Origin: Octopus vulgaris | Lineage: Eukaryota | Length of the DNA stretch: 64,000 nt | Direction of reading: 5' to 3' | NCBI GenBank assembly: GCA_951406725.2 | Contig: OX597817.1 | Span: 26,536,001-26,600,000, forward strand | Part shown: one piece after another, positions 13,641 through 26,321 of the stretch | How the letters are laid out: the number at the start of each line of letters is the position of its first letter | Position numbering within the stretch: the stretch's first letter is position 1 | The notes under the pieces: generated by a model | Databases searched by the model: none | The model's input: only the letters and a program-made list of their open reading frames with translations | What the model was told of the DNA's origin: nothing | Position numbers and translations under genes: made by a program

Positions 13641-13965
13641 AATTAGAGACAAAATCACTATTTTGCAAATCAAACAAAGAAAGACTTAATCCAATACATA
13701 AAAAAATTTTAATATAAATTAAATAAAAATAAAAATATATTCGCCACTACAATTGTTAGACATGAAACAATTGTAGTGGCGAATATATTTTTATTTTTAT
13801 TTAATTTATATTAAAATTTTTTTATGTATTGGATTAAGTCTTTCTTTGTTTGATTTGCAAAATAGTGGTTTTGTCTCTAATTAATATTATATAATATTTT
13901 ACTATAAAATAGGATTCAATCCTAAATCTGATTTTCCCTGTAAATTTGGATTTATTCCCTAATAT

Positions 13966-13990
<25 letters not shown>
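13632..13990 (+). mobile_element. Penelope-like (PLE) pLTR fragment forming a palindrome with ~125-bp arms, within (TA)n
   Basis: Arms about 13632-13757 and 13766-13892, near perfect. The hammerhead 3' half GAAAC-AATT-GTA lies at 13764-13775, and (TA)n flanks both sides. Confidence 0.65.
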
Positions 13991-14047
<57 letters not shown>

Positions 14048-14059
14048 TACGTGTGTGGG

Positions 14060-17000
14060 GGTGTATTAGTAGCTCGTTAGTATCTCAAGGTGTTCGGTCT
14101 GCTTTCTTTTTCTCATACTGGTTCTAAGGGACTCTTATGTTCACCGTGTGACCCTTTGATTAGACACATCATACTTCCAATTTTTCCGCTAACAAGATCA
14201 TCCTCCCAGCCTTCTTTACAGTTTCTATAGGTTTTGAAATGCACTTTATCGCCTATCTCAATGTATTTCATTGGCTCTTTCGTATTTCCTTCACGATTTT
14301 TTAGTCTGGTTACAGCTTATCAAAAATGGATTTCATTCTTCTTGCGAACATCAGTTCTGAAGGAGACTCCCCTTAATTTGTACTTGGATTGGATAGGGGG
14401 TCACTTTGTATATTAAGAACTTTGTCACTGCTTCGTTGTTACTTAATTGATTCCTCGCTTTTCTTAACTTTCTCTTAAAGGTGTCCACAAATCTTTCAGT
14501 CTTGGGTGGTAGGATGGAGTGAAAATATGCTTTATTACACACATGTGAGTGAGAACACTTTGAGATATTTTTGGTATCTAACATATGTCAGATACTGCGA
14601 GCGCTGCTTCTGATTGGTCAATCCATGGTAATGACCCGAGGTCACGGTGACAGCGCTGCTTCTGATTGGTCAATTCATGATGATGACCCGAGGTCACGGT
14701 GACGGCACTACTTTTGTCATTCTTAAGTTACAACTAAACGTGAAGAATTTAGTTATTGGGTTAATAAAATATGGTCGTTTATTCGTGTGTAATAAATAAA
14801 ATACCAAACTCATTCCCTATGGATACCGTATTTATTACAACTCGTGGCTTGTAAACGTATCTAACGAGCGAAAGCGAGTTAGATACGTTTACAAGCCACG
14901 AGTTGTAATAAATACGGTATCCATAGGGAACTCGTTTGGTATTCTCTATTTATCACATGCCTTCTACAGAATTTCTTGAATCGATTCCCAGAGAACTGCG
15001 TTTCGTTGTTTGAAACTAGTGTGTGAGGAACACCGCATCACGCAAACAATTTGCATAAGAACTTTATAGTTATCTTAGAGGTTAATCTATAGCACCTGCA
15101 AACCTCCAGCAACATAGTACAATTATCTACTATGATTAGGTAATAAGCGCTATTTACCGGTCTGACATAGTCTGTGTGTAACTTAGACCATGGGTTCTCC
15201 GTCTCTGACCGCAATTGATATTTTACCACAATTGATATTTGACTACGAGCGTGCAACTTCAACATGTTCTCATCAATTTTTCGATATCTCGATCCATAGA
15301 CGGCCAGTAGACATAACTCCTCATGAGAGCATTTTGCAATGTAGATGGAACCACCACGCTTTGGGTATACATCAGAATATCGTTGTACATTGAAAGACTA
15401 CTGGCATTTGAATTTTTATTCTGCTTATTTTTTAAAGCTTCTTTTATTTTTGTAATATACTCATCACCTGCAGCTTTCATTCTCATATCCTGGGCAGTCA
15501 CTGATAGTTCTTAGATAATGTTCATCAGAACACTTTTAATTTCTCTTTCTGCCTACAGTACGACTATAATAGTGTCTTCTAGTGGGTCCATATTTTTTGG
15601 AATCTCGAAAGGCAGTCTGCATGACATAATTTTGTAATTATAATTTACTAATATTACACCCCAACGTTGCAAGTGGTTCGCAGTATGGGTCTGTAGCCCT
15701 TTTTTAGACACATAAATCGACAGCAAAAGTCTATGGTATGTTTGCAACAAAAAACTTCTGCCATGCAGAAACCTGGGAAATTTTTTAACTGTAAAAATAC
15801 TAACTAGGGCCTCCTTCTCAAGTTGACAATATCTCTTCTCTGCCGCTATTAGCGAGTGCGAAACATGAACCACTGGTTTTGTACTTCCGTCTTCGCATTT
15901 ATGAAGTAGAACTGCACCTAATCCGTGCTCAAATGTATCAGACGCTACAATGATGTCTATTTCTGGATCGTAATGTGCTAACGACAGGTCTGAGATAGGA
16001 ATTTTTTTTTATTTCTTCCAAAGCGTTCCTCCTTTTTTTAATAAGTCGTTCAAAGGAGCTCTTAACTCGTGCATGTAGTTTTGATAATAGTTTGTCAGTC
16101 GGCGTAGGCATATTCCTTATTGCGTCTGTCTTCGACAGTTCAGGACGTCCACCACTTTTATCAAATTTTTTGCCCTAAGTACTTAATTTGCTGTAGGAAG
16201 AATTCGCATTTTTCTTCACTCAAAGTGAACCCGATAACTTTAATTTTCTTAAACACAGCTTTTATGTGTTCTACATGCTGTTCACAAGAATTACTCTTAA
16301 TCAAAATATCGTTCAAGTACAGGACTGCAAGTTTACAATCAGATAACATAATATCCATGATTTGCTAGAACATTGCTGGTGCAACTTTTAATCCCAAAGG
16401 TAATCGTGCGGATCTGTACAATCCTCTCTCTGTATTTATTGTCAAATACTTTGAGCATTTTTCATTTACTTTTATATAGGCTTCAGACAGGTCAAATTTA
16501 GGAAAAAAAATTTTCCAGCATTTAACTTTGAAAAAATATCCTCTGCAGTCGGGATAGTAGTATGTTTTTAAGCAGTCATTCAATCCTATAGAAAAATCGG
16601 TACAACGCTTATTTTTTTTTTTAAATACATACTGTGGGTGCCGCTCACTTCAAGTAATCCATTCTTTTGATGACTCCGCTCTTTTCGAGTCTGTTCAACT
16701 CTTCACTTACGGTACTTTTCTGCTCGCTTTAAATACAGGTACAGCGTTTTCTCTTACTTGTAAATAGGCTCCCGTCTCTCTACACAGACCTAAATCTTCT
16801 GATAACACTTGCAGGAACATTTTTTTCAATTTTTACTTCAGTTCTTCTGAAGACTTGTTTTTAACAGAACAATCACTTATGTTGTTGCCGTAAAGATATA
16901 TGGAGAGGTGCCATAAATCGAATAGTTCTAATCAATCTGTGCCAAACAGATATCCACAAGGAATAATTTTGCTTCATGTGTCTCTCCTCGAAATGTGACG

Positions 17001-17075
17001 TCGATATATATTTTGCCCATAAAATTTAATTTATTGCCTGTTACACCACGCGGTATTTTTGCTGTTTTAGATAAT
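14060..17075 (-). mobile_element. Decayed Ty3/Gypsy pol (protease C-terminus, RT, RNase H, integrase)
   Basis: Fragments RGVTGNKL..LFGTD, DLSEAY, RLPLGLKVAPAMF, YLNDILI, KCEFFLQQIKYLG, YCQLEKEAL, RSYVYWPSMDRDIE, PWSKLHTDY, GVPHTLVSNNETQF, TPSYHPR and ERFVDTFKR. Many stops and frameshifts, and no LTR seen. Confidence 0.93.
14540..14959. mobile_element. Non-autonomous palindromic element (Crypton-like) inserted in the Gypsy integrase
   Basis: Interrupts FCRRH|VIKHIFTPSYHPR. CACATG occurs at both ends. There is a ~52-bp direct repeat containing ctgattggtc and a palindrome with ~80-bp arms centred on gagcgaaagcga. Confidence 0.6.
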
Positions 17076-17399
17076 TATGACAACAAGAGAAGGTTGTCCA
17101 TCCATACCAATACCCTTAGTCTCTAACTGGGAAGTGAAATATGCACCAAATTAGATAACAAGAGGAACAGCCTCTGAAACTGTCAAAGCAGATTGATATG
17201 AAAGAGCAGATGTAACCAGCTATGAAAGGGCTGATGTAACCAGAGACCATGCTAGACTATAGTGAAAAGCTGTTTGTAAAAAGAAAATATTCTAATATTG
17301 CATTAAAAAATAGCAATAATATTCCAAATATACAAGAAAGGAGATACACAGGACTTGAAGAGTTTATTGTCAGAACCAGCACAAGCAGCTTGTCAGAAT

Positions 17400-17570
17400 T
17401 ATGTTTGTAAACAGAAACCAACTACAGGAGCAAGTGGGCTTCAAAAATGACTTCTTTAATGCTGAACACACGTATATCCAACATCTTCCAACTGATTAGA
17501 AAACTCCTAAATACGATCTTTCATTGTATCTAACACGGACTGTTTTCAAAAAAGCTTTCAACTCCTTAAG
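17400..17570 (+). mobile_element. RTE LINE RT remnant
   Basis: QEQVGFKN...IFQLIR...LSLYLTRTVFKKAFNS resembles EQAGFR...LYxxFxDFKKAFDS. Confidence 0.6.
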
Positions 17571-19027
17571 CAGGCATCACCCTCTGTGCACATTGCATGT
17601 TCATACCAACATGGCCTTCTCTTTTGCACATTACATCTGATTCATTGTACACCCATTCTTCCGTATTTGTTCTCTAATATTAATGCTTACTAACGTTTTA
17701 CACCCAAGAGATCACCTCATCCTTGCCTCACATGTACATTGCTTTCAATAACTCATCCATATTTTTACTGTGCTGAGAGGTAAATTATCCGTATTTTTCA
17801 AACAACAGTTATATTACTAATCAATAAAACCCTCTCGTTATTCTGTCTCAACCAGCCAGCTTCCACTTTTATACTTCATCATATTTAGGGCATGCTCATT
17901 ATGTACTAAATGTTATTATCTATATTTTGCATTAGCATTCAAAGATCAACAAGGAAATACAAGCAATTACATACTTCTCGTTAATTATTCACTTCGAGGA
18001 TTTCATTATCCCTTTTAATATCTTATAATTTTAGGATTTCACTTATTTTCTATCTTTACAAATGTTCAATATTTCTTTTAAAATCTGTTATTATCTTAAA
18101 ATTCCATTTTCACTTCATGTATTATTTTGATTTTATTTAGAAATTCAAATGATGTTTGCTATTTCTTTAATTGATTTTTAAGTGCAAATATAACAAATAT
18201 TTGGTTGATATCGATATTTTTCTGACATAATGTAAATCCTAATTCCCCAAAGCAAATAAGCAAAGGTAAGTTGATAAACTTAACAGAAGGAAAACTGGAT
18301 GTGAAGCAAGAAATGAAGGAATATATAAAACCAAAACAAGGTGAAACCATTAGCAAATATCTGAAGTAACTTAAAGTAAATTGAAAGTATCCCCTCAGCT
18401 CTTGATGACTATGATATAAATATAGACTGTATAACACTTGTGTTTGCTAGAATTTTCCATGGAATTCAGTTTAGAAAATTGTAATGCCCACTGTCTCCAA
18501 GCAAACATATTGTGTGCTATGAAATGAGTAAGTGAAAGTAATGTGAAAGTAAAATAAAAATCCAATAAATAAATATTTGTTTTCATTTTTTGAAAGTACG
18601 ATAGTCTAAAAAAACTTATTTAACTAACAAATTGTGACAAAAAATACATTTCTTTCTGAGGAGAATACATCATCTTTTAACACCTACATAACTATTAACT
18701 GCTAGTAAACATTGTCTGTTTATTATAACAGCAGCATAACTCTTGAGAGAATGGGCAAGCAATGCATACAGAAATTTGTGGAGAAAAAAAAAAGTATATT
18801 AAAATTATCGAGAAGGGAGTCATGCCCAATATCTGCTCCAAAGGTAAAGTAGATACACTTGAGAGATGAAATTACAAATATATCAAGCTGTTGAATCAAA
18901 TTTCAGCTGTGACCATCTATTTATTGTATATTTTGAATCCTTTTGCCATTTTAAAATGTAAAGTAATTGCTATTTTTAGCAGCTTGAGTAAAAATGTTAA
19001 GACTGATATTTATTTGTAGCAGTTATT

Positions 19028-19723
19028 TGCGCAGGAGTGGCTGTGTGGTAAGTAGCATGATGTTTACCAACCACATGGTTCTGGGTTCAGTCCCACTGCG
19101 TGGCATCTTGGGCAAGTGTCTTCTACTATAGCCTCGGGCCGACCAAAGCCTTGTGAGTGGATTTGGTAGATGGAAACTGAAAGAAGCCCGTCGTATATAT
19201 GTATATATATATATATGTGTGTGTATGTTTGTGTGTCTGTATGTATCCCCCTAGCATTGCATGACAACCGATGCTGGTGTGTTGACGTCCCCCGTCACTT
19301 AGCTGTTCGGCAAAAGAGACCGATAGAATAAGTACTGGGCTTACAAAGAATAAGTCCCGGGGTCGAGTTGCTCAACTAAAGGCGGTGCTCCAGCATGGCT
19401 GCAGTGAAATGACTGAAACAAGTAAAAGAGTAAAAGAGAGAGAGAGAGTATTGTGAGTGGATTTGGTAGATGGAAACTGAAAGAAGCCTGTCGTATATAT
19501 GTATATATATGTGTGTGTGTGTCTGTGTTTGTCCCCCTAGCATTGCTTGACAACCGATGCTGGTGTGTTTATGTCCCCGTTACTTAGCGTTTCGGCAAAA
19601 GAGACCGATAGAATAAGTACTGGGCTTACAAAAGAATAAGTCCTGCGGTCGAGTTGCTCGATTAAAGGCGGTGCTCCAGCATGGCCGCAGTCAAATGACT
19701 GAAACAAGTAAAAGAGTAAAGAG
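19028..19723 (+). mobile_element. SINE family A plus tandem 5'-truncated second copy
   Basis: Full copy at 19028-19448. The second starts at ttgtgagtggatttgg (19451) directly after the first tail. Confidence 0.92.
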
Positions 19724-19879
19724 ATTTAAGTGGCCTGAGGTACGTATAAAAATTTTGTCTACTGATTTCATATGAAATTAAACATATGTTTATCAATGTT
19801 TCACAAGTTTTAATGCTAAATTTTCATACCAATCCTGCCTGAGGGATATACCAATTCTCCTGGCATGCTGTTTCTACAG

Positions 19880-20186
19880 GAAATTTATTTTGGACAGTGT
19901 TGCTGTTGTCAGAGAATACAGATGGAATACGTTTCTAAACTGAAACCTGTTGCTTTTCAGACAACGGCCTGAACTCAAGTATAGTATCTTAATAGCATGT
20001 TTTGTTAACAGAAACAAACTAATATCTTACTCCTTCCAGTTTGTGACTAGTATCCCACCTAGTACTGGATTTGAAGATACACAACTGGACACAGCTGGAA
20101 TACTTTTGATCATAAATCTAATGCATCATGTTTGTACTGAGAGTAAGCAACAACTACGAGGCAAAATCAGTTGTAAGAGCTTCTAG
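19880..20186 (+). pseudogene. Exon-like fragment with YWTD-like motif
   Basis: After tttctacAG it reads (G/R)NLFWTVLLLSENTDGIRF*..DNGLNSSIVS*, ending at AG|GTagt. Internal stops. Confidence 0.4.
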
Positions 20187-20986
20187 GTAGTTGTTTACTC
20201 TTCTACAAATAGTAATCAGTTAACAATTTAAGAAGGGCACATTACATAATGTAGCCCTCGGGTACATTGTTTTTGAATAATATACGTTCTTATAATGCAT
20301 CTATGTATCTGAAGTTTTGGAAGGCTGTCCCTGATGTCCTCTCATGGAAAAGTGTATGGATGTAGGGAATATCAAAAATATATTTAAAAAAAACAACAAA
20401 ACATCTTTTACAGAATTGTAGATACCTTTGTATGAAGCATAAAAAAACTAAAAATAAATGAAGGTAAAACTACTTTGGGGACATCGATGGAAAGCTATTC
20501 CCAAAAGAAAATGTACTTAGTGGTGACAGTTGGAATAGTATTGGTAAGTGAATTTTTTGTTGGATAGGGTACTGGAGATAAATGTATTCCTATATTCGGT
20601 ATTTTTTCAATGTATACCTTAAAACTTTATTTTCATTTCAAATGCATGCTAATGTATGGCTTTTTCTGACAAATGCAGAGATATGTTTCCAAAGACGTAC
20701 ATTACAAAAACGTTGATTAAAAAATATTTTATGTTCACATTTAGAAAGAAGTCCATGCCCTTTTAAGTATTCATTAATTTTCTCATGATTATTGCAAAAA
20801 TACCTGAGTTTAGTTTTATTTCACTACACTTCTGATCAAAAGAATATTGGATAACATATTGCAGTATGCTCTGTTTATCTAATCTCAAGTCATTAAGCTG
20901 TACAACGATAATGAGTAAGTTATTACATAGTTTAAACCCTTTATACACACACACACACATATATGTATATATTATATGTATGTAAA

Positions 20987-22307
20987 TATGAAGGGTGGCC
21001 AAAAGAAAGTGGAATTTTGCAATATTTTTCATTCGCTTAGTTTTACATGTTTACACTTTTATTGACTTCAAAATATTCTCCATGTGAAGCAATGCATCGA
21101 TCCAGATGCATTTTCTACTGTTCGAAGAAGTCTTGGAACCCTTGTGAAATTATGCCTTTTAACGTATCCATTGTGTTTTTCTTCAACTCTTCCACGTCTG
21201 CAAACCATTTTTCTTTAAGGACTTTTTTTTAATTTGCGTGATCAGGTAAAAGTGGCATGGGGCAAGATTGGGCGAATAGGGAGAGTGGACAAATAGGGTC
21301 ATGCCATTTTTGACAAAGACTGTCTTACATTCAAGGCGGGCATTGTTGTGATAAAACCACCACTCTCCACCTTGCTACAGGTCGGAACGTTTTCGTCTCG
21401 CTGAGGCTCACAAACGCTTCAAGACTACCAAGTGAAATGTCTGATTAGCAGTTTGACCAGGAGGAACAAATTTTGCGTGGACAATTCCGTCGGCATCGAA
21501 GAAACAAATCAACATCGTCTTGACATTATTGGACTTTACTTGATATGTTTATTTGGGGCGGGAGTGGACATTGAATGCTTCTATTGACTTGTTAGCCGCT
21601 TCATTTCTGGGTCGTAGCCGTAGCACCAGATTTCATCACCAGCGATAAACTTCGGATAAAGGTTCGGAGCAACTTCCAACTGTTCTTTCAATTCACGACT
21701 CGCATCAGCAGTGACTACTTTTGATCTTCCATGACCAAGCGAGGCACACATTTTATGCAACTCTTTTCATTCACAATTTCTCGTTCAACATTCGTTGACA
21801 GCAGCTCCAGAGTACACCAGTCATATCAATAAGTTCGTCAATTGTTCAGAGATGGTCCTTCAAGATCAGTTTATGAATTTTCGTGATGTTTTCATTCATT
21901 CAGGAAATTGACGGTCGCCCTGAACGAGATTGGTTTTCAGGTGACAAGTGATCATTCCTAAAGCATGAAAAACCACTCGTAAACTTGTGTTTTGCTCATT
22001 GCACAGCGTCCTTGTAAGCTGTTTGAAGCATGACAGCTGTTTTGGCCGCCGTGTTCCCCAGCAGAAAATAGAAATTCACGGAAGTACGCTGTTCCTTCGT
22101 TTCAACCATCACAAAAGTCGACGAACGGAGGAGAAGCACTACAAATCAAAGAAGCACCACGTAGCAGCATTACTTTATTCAACGACGCCAGTTGGTAGAC
22201 TGATGTCTGAGAATTGCATCAAGTGGCTTCTAGTGGTGGAATCCTGAACTACAACGGGCTTGTCCCACAGAGAACGTTTCCGGTTACTTTAGAATAACCC
22301 CCTCGTA
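20987..22307 (-). mobile_element. Full-length (~1.3 kb) decayed mariner (DD34D) element
   Basis: ATG at 22109 gives MVETKEQRTSVNFYFLLGNTAAKT...MSKTQVYEWF. Also FIAGDEIWCYGYDPE, HNNA, SPYSPNLAPCHF and LDRCIASHGEYFE. Degenerate TIRs ta(c/t)ga(g/a)gg. Confidence 0.9.
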
Positions 22308-22639
22308 TATGTATGTGTGTAGACATACATACATACACACACACACGCACACACACACACATATATATGTGGGGATGATGTTGATGGTGATGGTGTTCAG
22401 AATTCAACACGGGAGGGACAAGTTTTAACACATTTTATATTAGTTTAACACTTAAAAAAGGTGTTTTGACGTTTTAGTCTCTATCCCTTATAAAAAGAAA
22501 ATAAATTAAAAATAATCAAAGGATGAGAAAAGGGACTGGAAAAATACACAAGGTCTTGCAGATAAATTGTGACAATTTTTACAATGCATAAAACTGGTTA
22601 TAAATACTAAGATAATGGTAATAGGCAGATATAGCCTCA

Positions 22640-23400
22640 ATGTAACATTTGTTACAAAAACATTTATCACTCAATATGGCCGCCCTTTTGAGCTATTATT
22701 GCCTCCACGAAATTTTTTTACAGCTGACGCAACTTCCGCCCTTTTGATTTTGCGTGTCACATGCACGATGCAGGTCTTCAAACTGTTGACACTCGAGTGT
22801 GGTGAAGCATTGGTCCTTGCTTGAAGTATTCCCCATAAAAAGTAATCGAGAATGTTGAGATCTGGGCTATTACTGGGCCAGATGTTGACTCTTACAAAAA
22901 AATGGCACCTTCTCGCCAAGGAAGGCCTGTATTGCTTTTGATCTATGACATAGTGCAGAATCCTGAATAAGCACCACATTGTCAAGCCCAAACTTCTGCT
23001 CCATCCAAGGTAACAGAGAGCCCTTCAGGATATCCAGATACTCCTTTGTGCTGATCTTCTAGTAAGACACAATGAAGTAGGGATCCATGACACCTCTATC
23101 ACTTTTCATGCCTCCAAATACCATCACAGAAGCAAAATCCTTAGTTTCAAACACATATGGGGGGAGGTGACGTCAGAAGGGTTGTATGCAATCACCCAAG
23201 AATTGCTGCGATTCATATCAGCCTCCACAGTGAACTTCTCATCGACAAACACGAGAAGTTTTCCTGCACCTTGATGTTTGATGAATGACAGAAGGTTTGG
23301 GAATCTCTCAGCTCTGATTGCTTTGGCCTTGACCGTTAGGAGGTGACGGCATCGTTGAACATAACTAGCCATGTCAAGGTTCCTGTTCACAGCCACGTAA
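22640..23400 (-). mobile_element. Tc1/mariner maT (DD37D-like) transposase remnant
   Basis: LVFVDEKFTVE..NRSNSWVIA and WPSNSPDLNILDYFLWGIL..TNASPHSSVNSLK. Confidence 0.8.
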
Positions 23401-23920
23401 ATGGCACCTTTGAATCATAGCTGTGGTCACCACTGATGCTATGTAAAACGCCCCCTTACATTATAGTTGTGGCACCATGATTCTTGGGAGCCTTTTATAT
23501 GGCACCCAGGAATCATGGTCGTTGGTGGTGCAAAGTAAATTGCACACATGAGTCAGTGTCGTTGCTGATTCCATGTAAATGGTACCTGTGAATCAGCCGT
23601 GGTCACTGCCAGTACCATGTAAATGGCACCCGTGCATTGTACGCAAGTACCATAGTCGTGGTAATTGCCAGTGCTACGTACATGGCACCTATAAATCATT
23701 GTCATGGTCATTGTAGGTGTCATGTAAGTGCCACCCATGTTGGTGACATGTAAAAGCACTCGTTACACTTCTGAAGTGGTTGGTGCTTGGAAGGGTATCC
23801 TGTTGTAGAAACCATGCCAAATAAGACTGGAACCTGGTGCAGCTCTCCCACTCATCAGCTGCAGTCAAACTGTCTAACCCATACCAGCATGGAAAACGAA
23901 CATTAAATGATGATGATGAT
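23400..23920 (+). mobile_element. Family B repeat, degraded, with multiple catgtaaatggcacc modules and (GAT)n tail
   Basis: Shares the gtggttgg..ggaagggtatcc..catggaaaacg..taaatgatgatg 3' end. Confidence 0.75.
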
Positions 23921-24080
23921 TATTTGGTGATGAGTTGCCGAGACATTGCGTCCTTTAAAATCTCCATGTTTCCTGAAATTCGCCAACACTAGACCTGATA
24001 TCCTCACCTCCATACGCATGGGCACATGTATATCATGATTCTTACAATGTTACCTTTCCTGACTTTTGTACATAATTCTA

Positions 24081-24797
24081 TAGGCGCATGAGTGGCTGTG
24101 TGGTAATAAGCAACTTGGGCAAGTGTCTTCTACTATAGCCTCGGGCCGACAAAGCTTTGTGAGTGGATTTTGGTAGATGGAAACTTAAAGAAGCCCGTCG
24201 TATATATATATATATATGTATATACACACGCATACACACACACACCTGCGCGCACGCACATACCCACAAATACGCACATACCTCCTTCTCTTGCACTCTC
24301 TTGTCTTTGAAAGAACTTTTTCTTCACCCATTCCTTCTGGTCATTCAATATGTGACCGCGTGTGTATCGTTGTCGATTTCCTTTTGCTGACTTCCCTTTC
24401 TTGGATCTTTGCTTTTTCTATGTTTCTGACGAAGAGCTCTGCTCGAAACGTTAAATCCTCCTTCTTTCTTTCCTTTCCTGAGCGTCCAATGACACTAAAC
24501 TTGTTCCACGTCCTCGCGTTGTTGTATTTTCTCTTTGTTCATGTTTGGATTAACTATATATATCTATATTTATGTGTGTGTATATGTTTCTGTGTATATG
24601 TTTGCCCCCCCCCCCAACATCGCTTGACAACCGATGCTGGTGTGTTTATGTCCCCGTAACTTAGCGGTTCGGCAAAAGAAGCCAATAGAATAAGTACTAG
24701 GCTTACAAAGAATAAGTCCTGGGTTCAATTTGCTCGACTAAAGGCGGTGCTCCAGCATGGCCGCAGTCAAATGACTGAACAAGTAAAGAGTAAGAGT
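24081..24797 (+). mobile_element. SINE family A with a nested PLE fragment in its central microsatellite
   Basis: The SINE halves flank an insert at about 24270-24560 that is homologous to 60490-60700. Confidence 0.88.
24422..24456 (+). ncRNA. Minimal hammerhead ribozyme motif (PLE type)
   Basis: gttt-CTGACGA-A-GAGC(tct)GCTC-GAA-ACGT-T-aaat. Palindromic stem III and a GUU triplet. Confidence 0.75.
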
Positions 24798-26321
24798 ACT
24801 GTATATGCACCTTTGATGAGTTGTAGTGCACCTGAACACTATAGACCATAATTTCATTATCTATTATTATGATGATGATGATGATGATGTTCTGTCTCAT
24901 TACAGTCAACTTTCACCTTTATCATTAAAACATTGATGTCGTGTTCATTACAGCCAATAGTTTATGTTATCACTCTTACGTCTTAATTATTTCAATTCAA
25001 CTCACTTTGAACTGAGGTGAGATGAGCTGAGCTGAGCTTTGCTATTAGAACTGTTGTCCTTTGTCATAACGTCAACAGCTTAGTTAAGCACCTATGCCGT
25101 CGTTATAAGACACAGGTGTTTAACTACAACCATTGTTTGTGACAGAAGAGCAATTGTATTGACCACTAAAATTTTTCGCTCCAACCAATGCTATTTTACG
25201 TTTCAATTTCAATTTCATATGAGATTTGTTTTAATAAATCTTTACCGTTTATTAAAAATTTAAAGTTATTTCTTTATTTCAATTTTGTTACATGTTGAAA
25301 ACTTTTTAATTATTTCTGTTTTTCCTCTCATATTTCATTATTTTATAAGCTTCAATCTTTGATAAGTCATCTAAAGACACAATAGAGACTGCCACCTATA
25401 CACACAGAAGATGAGATCATTTGTGTGTGTGTGTGTGTGCGTGCGTGTGTGTGTGTGTGTACCTGTATGTGTGTGCATGCATGTATGTATGTATGTAAAC
25501 GTGCATGCATTGAAAAATATCTGGGAGTGGGTTTCTACTAATATATCAAATTTCAGTGTAAAGAAACCGTTTCACCTGTGCTGTATTATTCTCTTCCAAA
25601 TCCTTCTCGTCTCAAATATATTTCGTAGAATTTAATTGCAAATAAAATGTTTTTATATCTCAGAGAAAATCCGTTGCAAGTACTTCACCACCTCTTTGTC
25701 TCTTTTGCAGATATCTCATTCTTTCATATCTCCATTTAACCATTTTCTCATCACATATAAAGTGCTTACAAATTGCTATTTTTTAATATACAATTTTTTA
25801 ATAACAGAAACAGCAAAAAATTAAAATCAGGAAAGAAAACACAATATAAATGATATCTTCAAAAAATATATATTTTTAAAGCAAATACATTTCTTGGAAT
25901 CGGTGTCTAAAGGAGAAAACCAATGTAAAAGACACCTGTTTTGGTTACACACATTGTCAACTTACCATTATTCACAAACTGTTCATAATTGACAACTGTG
26001 GACAATGGAAATTTAATTAAAGTATGTAATTTTGTACATAGTAGCTCCAAGGTATATATAAATTCATTAATGTCTCTCGCCTTTCTGTAAACTTCAGTGT
26101 GACAAGTACATTGTCCGTGTAAAAGTAATGCAGAATTTGTAATTTGATAATTTTCCTTGGAGAGACTGATGTAAACATTTAAATTGGTAATACCACAGGT
26201 GAATTGTTATCCAATTGTTATCGTGACAAATTGGTCATATGATATATAGTGATTTAAAAAGAAATAATGTCAGGCATTCAGCTAATGCCTTTTCCTCACC
26301 ACATAAGTATTTGTTATTATC

